A DNA stretch of 64,000 bases, taken from the NCBI RefSeq assembly GCF_009914755.1, contig NC_060947.1; one strand, 5' to 3'. How positions within the stretch are numbered: position 1 is the stretch's first letter; the number at the start of each line of letters is the position of its first letter. Below are positions 31,023 through 48,296 of this stretch, piece after piece. The DNA comes from the human T2T-CHM13v2.0 reference genome, Homo sapiens. Below the pieces are notes generated by a model, which saw only the letters and a program-made list of their open reading frames with translations, searched no databases and was not told where the DNA came from. A program made the translations under genes and the position numbers.

Positions 31023-31150
31023 GCCAGCTGGCATGTTGGCTCATGCCTATAATTCCAGCACTTTGAGAGGCCAAGACGAGAGGATCGCTTGAGGCCAGGA
31101 GTTTGAGACTAGCCTCAGTGACATAGCGAGATCCCATCTCTGCAAAAAAT
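31023..31150 (+). mobile_element. Free left Alu monomer (FLAM_C-like)
   Basis: Single left arm with aggatcgcttgaggccaggagtttgagac, ending in an A run. Confidence 0.85.
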
Positions 31151-32329
31151 TTGTAAAAATCCATAGGGAATGGGCAAAAGATGGAGATAGCTTACTAGGC
31201 AAAGGTTATGATAAAGTATCTGATAGTGCTTGGTTCACAGAGGGGGTTCATTCAGATGGATGAAAAAAATTTCCAAACCAATATAAAGGCTTAATGATAG
31301 GCCCTGATATTTTTTCTTTCTCCCTAAAAGTTTTATTGTTAGCAATGCTTTAAAAAATTTACTCAAGTCTCACAGTCATATATTGATGTTATGTGTTCTG
31401 TAGGACTTATTTATAGATGAGATATTCTTTTACAAGATCATTTTCGAACATCGGTATGGAAATAAATTCCTTTGGGTGGAGACCAAGATATGCCTCATGG
31501 GATGCCAACTTCTGAATATATTACCACGATGGTCACATTTTCAAGAGAAAAATGATTCTTTATGCATATCATTTTTACTTCAGGCTACTATTTTGTGGAT
31601 CATATGTCTCATTTGTGAAAATGAGAATAATTATACATAGCAATTAAAATATGTTGACCTCTTGAAAATATCAACTCAAGTAGTATTTATAATCTTTCCC
31701 AAACCATAAACATCATTCATTATTCAGTCATAAAACTAAATGTAATTGAAATGGTGAAATAGCCCATGTGTCTCATAAAATCAGTTTTTATAAGCCTGTT
31801 ATCTTAGGGACAAATGCAATGACCCAATAAACTCAATGTGTAGGATTTTCTTGAGGTGCATATTTTATTTGCATCACTTTATCTTTTAAGTTCTTCTACT
31901 AACCTGTTCAGCTGCTATTGAATAAAGAGAGTATATATGACATCTAGAGTTCTACATCTCACAGACACTAGGAGTACAATTATTCATTCAAGAGCATTTT
32001 GCTCCCCTGATGGGTCTAATATATTTTCCCCTCCAGATGTAGTTAATATTCTTATAAGCTGCAACTATGTGCCCCAAAATATGAATTGCTGATATTGGTA
32101 ACTGCATTCAGGATGATCTAAAAGGTATGATATGAATAGTTAATTAATTACAATGCAGTGACCTCTTTATCGGTGAAAAACCACAATGTGGTTTAGTGAT
32201 GAAAAACTTTAGTGATGAAAAACCACAACATGGAGACATCAAATTTCAACAAGATGTCTGGTGAACTTGGAACTCTCCATAGTACCATAGCATTAAAGCC
32301 AAAGCTAATATGCCTGAGAGTTTGGGGTA

Positions 32330-32740
32330 GTGCTGATTGGGATAGGCACGTGACTAAAGAAACTGCAGGTTTGCTTCAGTCAAACTCTGCAAAGCCACAT
32401 CTTCAACCCCATCACGCTTACTTGAAAAGGAGACAGAGCCAGAAAAAAAATGTGACCTAAAAATTGGGTATGATTTCAATGGATATCTAAAAAGCTACTC
32501 TTAAGAGCTTCTATTTCTCAAAATTGTACAATTGTCACATCCATTTCCTTTCTCATATGAGTGAAGTGTTATAGAATTTATTTTTCCAAACAGAAGAATT
32601 TGGGAATGAAGGCAGTATACCCCATACATTAGCTAATTTATTATAAAAGTCTTCCAGTGGGGTCTTTATCGAGGTCGGTGGTTTTCTTTTTGACCTGGAA
32701 GTGAGGGTTTGAACAGAACTGTTAGCATCAGAAGATTTAT
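32330..32740 (+). repeat. Local direct duplication, copy A
   Basis: Matches 36693-37102 with 12 substitutions and 1 indel by manual alignment. Confidence 0.97.
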
Positions 32741-34554
32741 CATCCTTAAAAAGTTGACTCTTCCCAAGACCTTTGGATGACTATATCATTTATCACTTAT
32801 TCTAAAATGAAGTGACGATACTGATAAAATGCTTAGCCTGGCTTTGGAGAGCTTGGGTAAGTTCTGCTTTTCAAGTGGAAAAACAGCTTCCTTGAAATAA
32901 CTGCCTGGATTCCTTTACCTCATTGAATAAAGTGCTTTTAGAGTTTTTGCTTTCCAAATTCTTGCTCCATCCATTTTAGAGTTTTGAAATGTAGAACTCA
33001 CTCTTATGGCATGCTTACTGTTCATGAAACCAGTCGATAAAAATGCTAAAGTCAATCTTTTTTAAAAAATGTGACTTTAGAAGTTACGGGTAACTTGATG
33101 TAATTGAACTGTAGGGGACATGAAAGAATCAGATAGCAGCGATTCTACCTGCTGAGTGTCTTGGCCAAGCAACCTTTTCTTGATAAAGGAAGTATTTTAT
33201 CTAAGCCCTTCAATGTGATGCCATTTGTAGTGGAATGCAGGGGAAATTCATGGGGCAAAAATACTTCTAAATAATTTAATGGATTCCTCCAGGCAACACA
33301 AAGTCTAGAAAATATTCCTTTTCTCAGCTAAAGTCATGAACATTACTATCACCCCCCCGCGCCCCGTCCAAACTGAACAGCATTTAAAAGGAGGAATACA
33401 CCAGTTTTCTGAGTCAGGGGTAAGAAACAGATAGTTTCTTTTACTTTTTATGTATTACTCAAAATTTATTCATTAGCAAAATTTAGTCATTAGCAAGGAG
33501 TTTAACACCTTGTCCTTTTCCTTGTTCTAGGTAGACTTAGCTAGGCTCATTCCAACCCAAAACATAATCGGGGTTCCATAAACATAGAAAAGGAAGAAAG
33601 GGATATTGAGTCAATGAACAGCAGATTCTGCTGCAGTATTCCATACACCAGCATGTGGAGCCTCAGGCTGTAGTACGGAAATGGTGAAAAGCTCAATATT
33701 ATGGGAGAGGAGTGTCCTTGTTCTTTGGATATGAATGCAAGGAGATAAAATAGAGCAGTAGGTTGGAGCCAGGATTGCAAATAACCGCATGTGGCATGCT
33801 GCCTGTCTCCTGTCTGCTTAAAGCCCATAGAACTCTTTAAGCAGAGGAGAGACATTCTTTCGTAGGAAGGACGAATTGGAGTGGGGAGAAATAAAGGGCA
33901 GGGTCATTGTAATCTAGGTAAAGAGATCATTCAATCTTCAATTAAGCCAATTAACTTTCCAGTTGGTGCTTAAAGCTGTTTGGGAGTTTTGTGATAGCGA
34001 AATATCTTCTATCTCCAAAGACAAAAATATCATTCTTATATCTCACCTTCTCTTAGTAAAATGGGATGGTTTTGGCAATTTACAGGCTTTGTTTTTTTAG
34101 GACAATGCACGTTTTCCTAAAAGTGACCATGATTTTTAGTTTAGCTTTGAATAAAATTTTGTAAGTTTATAACAGATGACCTCATCTCATGATCTCATGA
34201 GGCTTGACTAGGATTTATTCATTTATCCATCCATCTATTCATTCATGAAACATTTTTTTGAGCAGTGGTCAGACACTGTGCAAGACAACGTGAGTGAGGC
34301 ATGCAGCCTTCCCTCAAGGGGCACACAATAGACAGGAACATGTAAACACAACATTGCAAAGTCATGTTATAAATGAAGTTGTGGCAGCCAGAGGGAGGCA
34401 TTCTTTTGAAAATATTGCAGGAAACAATAGAACTTACATGCAGTAAGTCTACTCCCCATAATTATAGAATGGCTTAAATGAAGAGTCATAATATGTCAAA
34501 GATCCAAAAATGTCTTCGTATATGAAACACAAATGTAAAATAAACTCACCCTTA

Positions 34555-34780
34555 GGCTAGAGGTTTGCAAATCACAGCTCATCAACCAAAACTGATCCAT
34601 CACCTGTTTTTGCAGACAAACTTTTATTGAAACACAGCCATGCTCATTTGTTTACATATTGTCTATGGCTGCTTTTTCACTACAACAGAGTTGAGTAGTG
34701 ACAGAGACCATATGGCACTTGAAGGCTAAAATATTTACTATCCAGCCTTTTAGAGAAAATGTTTGTTGATGTCATCTCTA
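34555..34780. mobile_element. MER58A-like hAT transposon
   Basis: ttttattgaaacacagccatgctcatttgtttacatattgtctatggctgcttt ... ctaaaatatttactatc. Confidence 0.8.
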
Positions 34781-36692
34781 GACAGACACGACCCCATCCT
34801 CTTCTAGGCTCTTGTGACCCTCCATGCCTCTATGTTAAAAATAGGTGTCCTTGTCTGTGTCCTTCGCCAGAGTTTGCCTTATTTCTTCAGTGTTTAGGCC
34901 AGTGTGTGGCTGGAGTTTTGGCTTGAAGGGCTAGTGACTGCTTTTCACAGAGTACACTTGGCACAGAGTGGAAAAGGAGAAAAAGTCTCTTGTGTGAACC
35001 AGCCTAAAGGTTTTCTACTAGTGATGATGTCACTTGTTTCCTATGACCCTCCAGCCAGCTTTCTCCACATCCGGACCATTTGGTGGATTCAGAGGTACTG
35101 TGAGAAATATAAACTTTAATTTATATGAATATTTTTGCTTGGTTATTCTTTAAGGTTTAGATACCTGGCCCATTTTTTTCTCTAGCCCTTGATGCTATCT
35201 GATATGGTTGAGCACACCTGATCCTCCTTGGAAGGGTGGCACCAAGGCCGAGGAATTTTAAATTGTAGCGTGAAGGGATTTTGACCTGAAAACACCTAGG
35301 AGAACAGAGTGGAAGTCACCTTTATACTTCTCAGAATGTAGTAGGTAATTTTTTATTCGCCTGCTCAGCATACAGTTGGGGAGCCATGTGGTCCAGACAG
35401 GGTGACCCATGCCTTGATTCTGAGTGGTCACATGGCCCAGGCCTGAACTAGGAGAGTCTTATGCAGGACTCTGGGGATTGCTCAGGAAAAATGCTTTCTT
35501 CTCCACTATGCTTATGAAAGTGGTAGAAAGATCTGAAACTGCCAGAGGCCATCTTTGCCACCATGTCAGGAAAGACCACTTACAGGGAAGCAGAGCCTAG
35601 TGATCTCACCTTCCAATATCTGGTCACATGGATTGAGCAGCATAGCCATTTATACCTCTAGCATGCCTGAGAAGTACAGAGAAAAGATAAATGGGAAAAG
35701 AAAAAAGGGACAGAGAGAGACCGGGTAGAAGAAAGATTCCTATTCACTGTTATACCCAGGTGAATTTATTTGGGGGAATAAAATAATAATAATATCCACC
35801 TTGCAGGATTAGAGGAAATAGTTAAGTCCCTAAGGTAGAAGCTGTACACCTATTGTTATTTGATAGTTTGCCACCTGAAGAGGTAAAGAGACCTAAGCTA
35901 TTTAAGGTTTTAAATCATCCCTGAAGCATCCCATTCTTCTAGAGTTGATTTTTCTCCTTCTGTAAAATGAGGGGTTCACACTCGATCATATCTTAAGGCG
36001 TCGTCCAGTTCTGGTCTTCACAGAATGCTTCTTCCCTTGGTACACTCCAGTGTACGCATGAATAATTGAGGTGCAGTGACAGCAGATGTCCGCCAGAGAT
36101 CACTGCAGAACGTGGTTGATTCCTTCCTGCATCCGCCTTCATTTGGAACGTCAGCAGTTAACACGAGAGACTGTTTAGCAACTGTACCTATCACAACATT
36201 AGGCTTGCAAGTTGGAAAACCATGCACAGGCACCACTGCATGTCCCTGGACAGGTCACGTGCTACATCTTTGCGTTCCTTGTAACTCGGAAGTAACGGTA
36301 CCTTTTACTTTCTTGCTTCCCAGTAATCTACCATGTAAAATAAATTTTATTCATTACAGATTTTTCCTTCTAAGTACAATTTCCCTAGGCATTTTCCGTC
36401 TTTGAGGAGCGGTATCGTGGTTAATTATGGAAAACTAAAAATCTTGAGCCTCTAAGGAAAAAATAAACACAAGCATTTCAGCAGAAGCTTGACCTGTTTC
36501 TCTTTCCTTGTCTGGTCTGCTATGCTCTGGGACCTGTCCTCTCAAAGCCACCACTGCTAAGGAGATACCTTGCTTTGCTGAGGACCCTAGGGTTCTGCTC
36601 AGAGACTGTTGTAGAAACGCCAGTGGTCCACTATAGCTTGTAATTTCACTGGCCATGTGAGTTCTCACCTTAGGCATAAGGATCTGGGAAAG

Positions 36693-37102
36693 GTGGTGAT
36701 CGGGATAGGCACATGACTAAAGAAACAGCAGGTTTGCTTCAGTCAAACTCTGCAAAGCCACATCTTCAACCCAATCACTCTTACTTGAAAAGGAGACAGA
36801 GCCAGAAAAAAAATGTGACCTAAAAATTGGGTATGATTTCAATGGATATCTAAAAAGCTACTCTTAAGAGCTTCTATTTCTCAAAATTGTACAATTGTCA
36901 CATCCATTTCCTTTCTCATATGAGTGAAGTGTTATAGAATTTATTTTTCCAAACAGAAGAATTTGGGAATGAAGGCAGTATACCCCATACATTGGCTAAT
37001 TTATTATAAAAGTCTTCCAGTGGGGTCTTTATCAAGGCCGTGGTTTTCTTTTTGACCTGGAAGTGAGGGTTTGAACAGAACTATTGGCGTCAGAAGATTT
37101 AT
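36693..37102 (+). repeat. Local direct duplication, copy B
   Basis: Matches 32330-32740; offset about 4363 bp. Confidence 0.97.
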
Positions 37103-37466
37103 ATACGCGTCTTGAGTATCTTTATACCTATGGTGCTCTTCTCCCCAGTGAAAACTAATTTTACTCTTAGGTAGAAATATTTAATAAAAATAGAAACATT
37201 TAATACAAATGTTTAATAAAAATCTTCCATTATGATAAAATTTCTAGTGCATGTTTCAAAGTTCACGGTGATTAGGATTTTTAATCGTTAGTCACAGGTA
37301 AGGGAATTTACTTTCTGCACAAAACAGCTGAATTCAACTTGATTTACAGATAGGTTTAGTTTTTTCTTATAGTTATACAGTTTGATTTTATATTAAAAAG
37401 TACATATTTTGAAATGTGTCTTTGTTAACACATATAAATCTGGTTCCCTTTTTTTGGAGGGGGGCA

Positions 37467-37662
37467 GGATACATGTGCAGAACGTGCAGGTTTGTTACAT
37501 AGGTATACACGTGCCACGGTGGTTTGCTGCACCCGTCAACCCATCATCTACATTAGGTATTTCTCCTAATGCTATCCCTCCCCTAGCCCCCCACCCCCCG
37601 ACAGGCCCCGGTGTGTGATGTTCCCCTCCCTGTGTCCATGTGTTCTCATTGTTCAACTCCCA
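37467..37662 (-). mobile_element. L1PA7/8-type 3' UTR fragment
   Basis: ggatacatgtgcagaacgtgcaggtttgttacatagg ... tgttctcattgttcaactccca. Confidence 0.85.
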
Positions 37663-38412
37663 GGAATCTCCCACTTACTGAAAAGAAACAGAGACCTTGA
37701 GGAGATAGTTCATTTTCAAAGTGAACGCTAAGGCAGAAAAATGAGCCTAAAGTCCTGCGAAAAGGTGCGGGGTGCTGAAGAATATTCTAACATCTGAGTT
37801 AATAAGACTTAATAAGGGATCAGTTTGAAAGTGAGCTATCTCCTCAAGGTCTCTCTTTCTCTTCAGTAAGTGGAAGATTCCTCAAGGATTCATAGCTGTT
37901 ATGATGCCAAGCTGTTAAAGTTTTTCCTTAAAATCCAGACATTCAGCTCCAGGCTTTGCAAGTGACAACCCTTAGTGAGGTGAGAGAGTGCCATTCTACT
38001 GAGTCGCTTGGTGCCCTTCCTTTTAGGTGCTACAGGTGTACTCCCTCTGCCTTGAGGGATCTGCAGGCATTACCCCTAGCTAGCAGTCCTTTCCCACACA
38101 CCAATGTGTGTAGAACAACTGCAACAGTCTATCCTTTTGTTTGCTTAAATTTCAATACTATAACTTAGGGTCTTATGATTAACTACTAAAGTAAGTTTTA
38201 AAAACCACTAAAAGATATTAAACTTTTGAAAGACATATTTTATTGTAACTTGTTTGAGCCCATGGTACCTGGATTCTACCTAGATTGATGGATGATGACG
38301 AACTGCAGGGAACAAATGAAGGGGCCCTACTGTTAACTCTGTATTCACAATAGGCTTGCCACTTCCCCCAGAACTTCCAGGAGCTTCGCTCTGTTTTCTG
38401 AAGTGATACTAA

Positions 38413-38769
<357 letters not shown>

Positions 38770-38809
38770 TGCACTCTTTAACATGCTAAAGAGGTACTTC
38801 ATGGTTTAT

Positions 38810-39324
38810 TGCATTAGTTATCTATTGCTGTGTAACAAATGATCCTGAAACTTAGCAGCTGAAAACAACAGACATTTGTTCTTTCACATGGTTCTGAATA
38901 TTAGGAATCCAGTTGTGGCTTAGCTGGGTGGATCTGGCTTAGAGTCTCTCACAAGATTGCAGTTAAGCTATTGGCCAGGGCTGCTTTCTTCTCAAGGTTT
39001 GACTGGGGCTGTAGAATCTGCTTCTATGCTTACTCATGTAGTTCCTTGCTGACTGTTGATTATGTGGACCTCTACTTAGGGCTGTTCAAAACATGGCAGC
39101 TTGCTTTTCTGAGTGAGTGTTGTAAAAGAGAGGAAAGTGAGAAAGTGGCCAAGATAGATGCCATAGTTGTTATAACCTAATCTCGAGAGTGCCACACCAT
39201 CAATTCTGTTGTATGCTGTTGGTCACACAGACTGACCCTGGTACAATTGGGAGGGGACTACACAAGGGTGTGAATACCAGGAGGTAGGGATCATTGATTG
39301 CCATCTTGGAGGCTGGTTATTACA
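38810..39324 (-). mobile_element. MLT1 (F/G-like) solo LTR
   Basis: tgcattagttatctattgctgtgtaacaaat ... acacaagggtgtgaataccaggagg ... gccatcttggaggctg. Confidence 0.75.
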
Positions 39325-40289
39325 CAGTTTCTTGTCTGGCCAGTCCTCTTTTCCAGGACCCCACACTCTCTGGCCTTTTTGTTTCTTTAATGTGCCATGC
39401 TCACCCTAGCCACAGTGCCTTAATACATATGGTGCCATCTGCCCATGAAACTCCATTCCCTTCCTCACCTGCTTAGTTGCTGCTCCCCATCAGCTCTCAG
39501 CTCAACCATCTATTTCCCGGAGAAACCTTCTCTGACTCTTTCTCCATATTCTTCCTTTGCTTTTAACATTGTTGTAATTTTACATTGGCTGTTTATTTCA
39601 TTAGTGTTTTTCTCTACTTACTCTCTGGGTTGTAAACTCCAAGTTTACATTAGTTTTTGCCTATGAATATATTCCTGGCTCAGTGGCTGATGCAAGATAG
39701 ACGTGATGAATGGATAAATGAAGAAATGAAGAAAGTCAAGGTCAGCATATGGAGAAGGTATGTGAGAGGGAGTCCAGGTGTGTAAAGATAATGAGTGTGT
39801 GAGCTGAAATTATATGAGGGGAGGAAGTGGCTATTTTTCCTTCCTCCAACGTTCTCTATTCCTCTCCTTTTATCTATACTCCCCACCTGCTCTTCCTTTT
39901 CTCCTCCATGTCTCTTTCTTTTGCTTGTCTATCCCAGTTTGTCCTGTCTCTCATCTTCTCACTGATAGTAATTGGAGAAGGGGAATCACATGTTGGAACA
40001 AGAGAATGAGATATGAAGTGAGCTGCACAATAGCAGTAAATGTTTTTTATAACATAGTCCTGGGCAAGTACAGGAAGCTGAGGCAAAAGTCTTCAGCTGT
40101 TGCAGAAGTGAGGTAATTGGGACAGAGCATCCCGGTGTGTTCATTCAATCATATACTCATTTTACTCACATTCAGCAAGAAGATTTTACCTATTGGAGAA
40201 TGGGCTGGGTGTTGGGGATATAAAGACTTCAGGTTGCAGGATTCCTGTCGTCAAGGAGCTCACTGACATCAAGGCGCTCACTGTCTAGC

Positions 40290-40755
40290 ACCTGGGTACT
40301 CAAAGTGTGATCATCAATGCAGCATCAATGTCATCTGGGAGGTTGTTGGAACTGTAGGCTTGTAGGCCCCACCCAGATGTACTGAATCAGGATTTTTTTT
40401 TTTTTGAGACAGGGTCTCGCCCTGTCACCCAGTCTTGAGTGCAGTGGCATGATCACAGCTCACTGCAGCCTCAAAAACCTGGGCTCAAGCAGTCCTCCTG
40501 CCTCAGCCTCCTGAGTATCTGGGACTAAAGGGTGCATGCCACCATGCCTGGCTAATTATTATTCTTTTTTGTAGAGATGGAGTTTTGCTATGTTTCCCAG
40601 GCTGGTCTCAAACTTCTGGGCTTAAGTGATCTTCCTCCTTCGGCCTCCCAAAGTGTTGCAATTGCAGGCATGAGCCACTGTGCCTGGCCCAGGATTTTCA
40701 TTTCAACCAGAAGCCCAGGTGATCTTTGTGTTCATTAAAGTTTAGGAAGTAGCTG
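40290..40755. mobile_element. MER5A-like hAT transposon interrupted by an AluJ
   Basis: ctcaaagtgtg ... ggccccacccagatgtactgaatcag | Alu | catttcaaccagaagcccaggtgat ... cattaaagttt. Confidence 0.75.
40397..40689 (-). mobile_element. AluJ
   Basis: Antisense Alu with J-type ctgggctcaagc; flanking repeat CAGGATTTT. Confidence 0.92.
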
Positions 40756-41150
40756 GCTAGAAAACATAGGCAAGTGAAAAGCTGAGGACAACAGGTAAAG
40801 AAGTGTCAGGTCAGTCATAAACACGGGGTGCTGGAGGATCACATTGTAACACCATCTGACCCTTGTCTGCCGATGGCAGTTGATGGTGGCAGGGAGGGCA
40901 GGAAATTGCAAGGGAACAAGAATTTGAAAAGGGAAGGGTTCCATAGGGAGGAGTGGCATGCAGAGAAAGTAGAATATACAAAGGCCTGTTGGTGCTCAGA
41001 AGCATGGCCCTCTCAATTAGGTGCAAGTTATTCAACCTGGATAGAACTAGAATCTGAGGTGAGAAGTGACAAGAGATGAGGTTCAACACATGGATGGAAA
41101 TAGATCACAAGGAGTTCACCATGTCCTCCTAACAAGGCCCAGCATTATTT

Positions 41151-41492
41151 TCACTTTATTTTTTTTCTTCCAACTTTTATTTTAGGCTTAGGGGGTACAT
41201 GTGCAGGTTTGTTACATGGGTAAATTGTGTGTCACTGGGGTTTGTATACCAAATGATTTCATCACCCCGGTAGTGAGTATAGTACCTGATAGGTCCTTAC
41301 CCTCCTCCCACTCTCTACCTTCAAGTAAGCTGTGATGTATATTGTTCCTATCTTTGTGTCTGTATGTCTTTAATGTTTAGCTCCCACTTATAAGTGAGAA
41401 CATGATATATTTGTTTTTCTGTTCCCGTGTTAATTCACTTAGGATAAGGGCTTCCAGCAGCATCCATGTTGCTGCAAAGGACATAGTTTTGA
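41151..41492 (-). mobile_element. L1PA15/16-type 3' end
   Basis: caacttttattttagg ... gggtacatgtgcaggtttgttacatgggtaaattgtgtgtc. TSD CATTATTT at 41143-41150 and 41493-41500, followed by AA. Confidence 0.85.
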
Positions 41493-43339
41493 CATTATTT
41501 AAAGCACTGGAGGGTCATTGATTATTCTAGTTTGTATTGATGGAAGGTCATTCTTAAAGGAACAGGAGCAGAGCTAATGATACTATAATAATATTTATTG
41601 AGGACGTATTATATACCAGGTGCTGTGCCAAACATGTAAAATGCTTTGTGTAACCCTCCAACAAACCTATGAGGAAGATACTATGATAACTTCTAGGGGT
41701 TCAAAGGATGGTATTGCTACCCATTATGCACATGGAGGGCACAGGGAAAAAGTTCCTTTGATGCTGCAGAAAAAAGCAGACTAAAGTTGCTTTGTACTTG
41801 GAGTTTGAGCGTCCACATCACTCTTGTATCTCAGGGTTAACAGCCTTTGGAGAAGTGGAGCGATGAGAGCCAACACTTTTGTTGTCTTTTGTTTACTGTT
41901 TTCTGATAAAATTCTGTTTTGTTTGAAGAACATTCCCTTTTGCTTCCATGGCGTGGGTTAGGCATCATCAGCCAGCTTAGCACAGAGACCCCAGGCAATT
42001 GCAGGTGCTCTGTGGGTTACATTTAAAGCGAATTCCCTGAATAAACAGTTCAGTAAAAAACACCACGTGCCCAATCTCACAACCCATAAAGTCAAACCTG
42101 ACTTTTGTGTCCTGTGGACAGCCATTTTTACCAGGGTTAGCAGTAGCCAGAATTAGGAGGCAGGGCACATTTGTCTTAGGGCTCCCGTCTGCCTCCCTTT
42201 CTTGGAAAATGATCAGGTTTAGTTGGATTTCTTTTCCTCATCAAAACATACCTGGCCTGTGTCCATTTTTTCAGGTTCCTCCCCTTCCTCAAGAAAATGT
42301 TCATGATGTATTAACTGGATTTTAATCCTTTAGAATGAGTTAGCCTGTTAGCAATATCATATCTCCCCAACAACAGATGCCTTGTCTTAGAGTGGCGCTA
42401 ATGTGAAACATGGAAAACAAGATCAGAGAAGATTTTCTTCTTTGGGACGCCTTGTCTCCCTTTCCCATGACCCCTCTGGCCTGTTACATCAACGAAGATG
42501 GAAAAGGAAAGAGACAAAGTCTCTTTGCCTAACTGTTTTCAATTGTTATTTCTCATGGTTTTGCTTGTTTTTTGGCCAACACTGACTCTCCTTCTGGGTC
42601 ATCTGTGTGACATACATCCCAATGGTTGGGCTCTCTACATGGGGCACCAATGGGTTCTTTCATGGGCACTGTACAGTTCCCTGATGTGCAGTTCACTGAT
42701 GTGAACTTCACTGCACAGTTCTCTGATGTGGCAATCTGAACCCAGCACATTCTCTTGCATTTTTCCTTTTAGATACAGCAACTTGCTGCTGGCTTCCCTC
42801 TTGCCTTCTGGGGTTGGCCATATTCACTTGACCACCAAAATGGAGGGCAGCAAGGGGGCTAGCTAGCCCCTTGCCTGCTTCCTGGCATCTCCCTCCTGTT
42901 TTCTCTCCCCTGCTTGGGTAAACCAAAGATAGAAAAGCACATCTGCCTGAGCACATGTCCAGCCAATATTCAGATGCCAGTCTCTTCTCCTTGCATTCTT
43001 CTTGTACGCACATGCAACCAGTGGTCCTCTTTGTGCCTGTCTCTCATTTAGATTCAGAATTGGTGAGGATCTCCATGGAGGAAGTGAGGAAAAAGCTATT
43101 GTGTGCTCTGACTCAGTTACCACCTGCCCTCCCATCCCCCACCCTTCCGCAATCTTCTCCCATTGTAAGGGACAGTGGGAGAGGAATTGAAGACAGAGGG
43201 CAGCAAAAGCAGTTCAGCTCCATTTTAGGAAGCTCTGTGGGGAGGTGTCTGGTTCTAAGTATTTGTGGCTCTCTTTAGAATAGGGAGTAGTTAGCATTTT
43301 GGCTCCAGTGTTGATTTCTGGCCACAGAAAAACTCTTAT

Positions 43340-44163
43340 TCAAGTTCCAACTATATAAGCATCACACAAAAGCTAGAAATAATAAACAATTGATGATTTG
43401 AGTAAAAAAAATTAAAGGTCTGTCTGTCAAAATCTGACTTTAACAATGACAAACTGGAAAAATGTTTGTAATGTGTATGCCAGACAAAGATTGTGATTCT
43501 TAGCATATAAAGAGCTGTTGTAAATCAATAAGAAAAAGAGGAACATTTCAATGGAAAAATATGAACAAAGGATAGTAACAGCAGGTAAGTAATAGGAAAA
43601 ATATATAATATAAAATTGAAAATGAAAAAATACTTCATTCCTACCAATTACCAAAGAGATGAAAAATCCAATAACTTTGAAATGGATTTTTGCTTAGCAA
43701 ACAAGAAAGTATGTAGTGTGGCCAAAGGTTAAGAAACAGATACTTTTGTATACTGTCAATTGATACATAAATTGATATAACCCTTTCAGAGAATAATTTG
43801 GCAAAAATATCAAAAGCTTTAAAATTTTGCATCCTTTTGGGGTCTGCAATTCTATTTTTATTACGAAAGAGGAAGCAAATGAATTTGAACATATATGAAG
43901 AAATAGCTACAAGGGTGTTCACTGTAGTACCTTTTTTGTGAAAACTTGGGAACCATTGAAATATCCAGCAAAAGATGATTGATTCGATAAATAATAAAAT
44001 ACTATGCAACTACTAAATATAATGCTATATGAAAATACATAATGACATGGGAAAGTATTCAAAAGTAGCTTATAAAACAGTATTATGACTTAATCATATT
44101 TTGTAAAAGAACTTTATATATGCATATGCATTGAAGAAAGAAGGAAACAATTTACTCCAAAAT
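43340..44163 (+). mobile_element. Old L1ME-type fragment, host of the full-length L1 (resumes at about 50221-50370)
   Basis: Degenerate L1 3' sequence that reads through as actccaaaatgttaac once the young L1 is removed. Confidence 0.65.
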
Positions 44164-44409
44164 TTTTTTTTTTTGGTTTGTTTGTTTGTTTTTTCTTTTA
44201 TTATTATACTTTAAGTTTTAGGGTACATGTGCACAACGTGCAGGTTAGTTACATATGTATACATGTGCCATGCTGGTGCGCTGCACCCACTAACTCATCA
44301 TCTAGCATTAGGTATATCTCCCAGTGCTATCCCTCCCCCCTCCCCCCACCCCACAACAGTCCCCAGAGTGTGATGTTCCCCTTCCTGTGTCCATGTGATC
44401 TCATTGTTC

Positions 44410-48233
<3,824 letters not shown>

Positions 48234-48296
48234 TATGATGTTAGCTGGTTATTTTGTTCGCTAGTTGATGCAGTTTCTTCCTAGTCTCGATGGTCT

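Noticed and set aside
33511-33536. Recursive splice site ccttttccttgttctag|gtagac
   Set aside because: Good acceptor, but the regenerated donor GTAGAC is weak and no host transcript is established.
32330-37102. The 410-bp direct repeats as LTRs of a novel retroelement
   Set aside because: No TG..CA termini, TSD, primer-binding site or polypurine tract. The interior holds ancient MER58 and MIR/L2-like pieces and no retroviral ORF.
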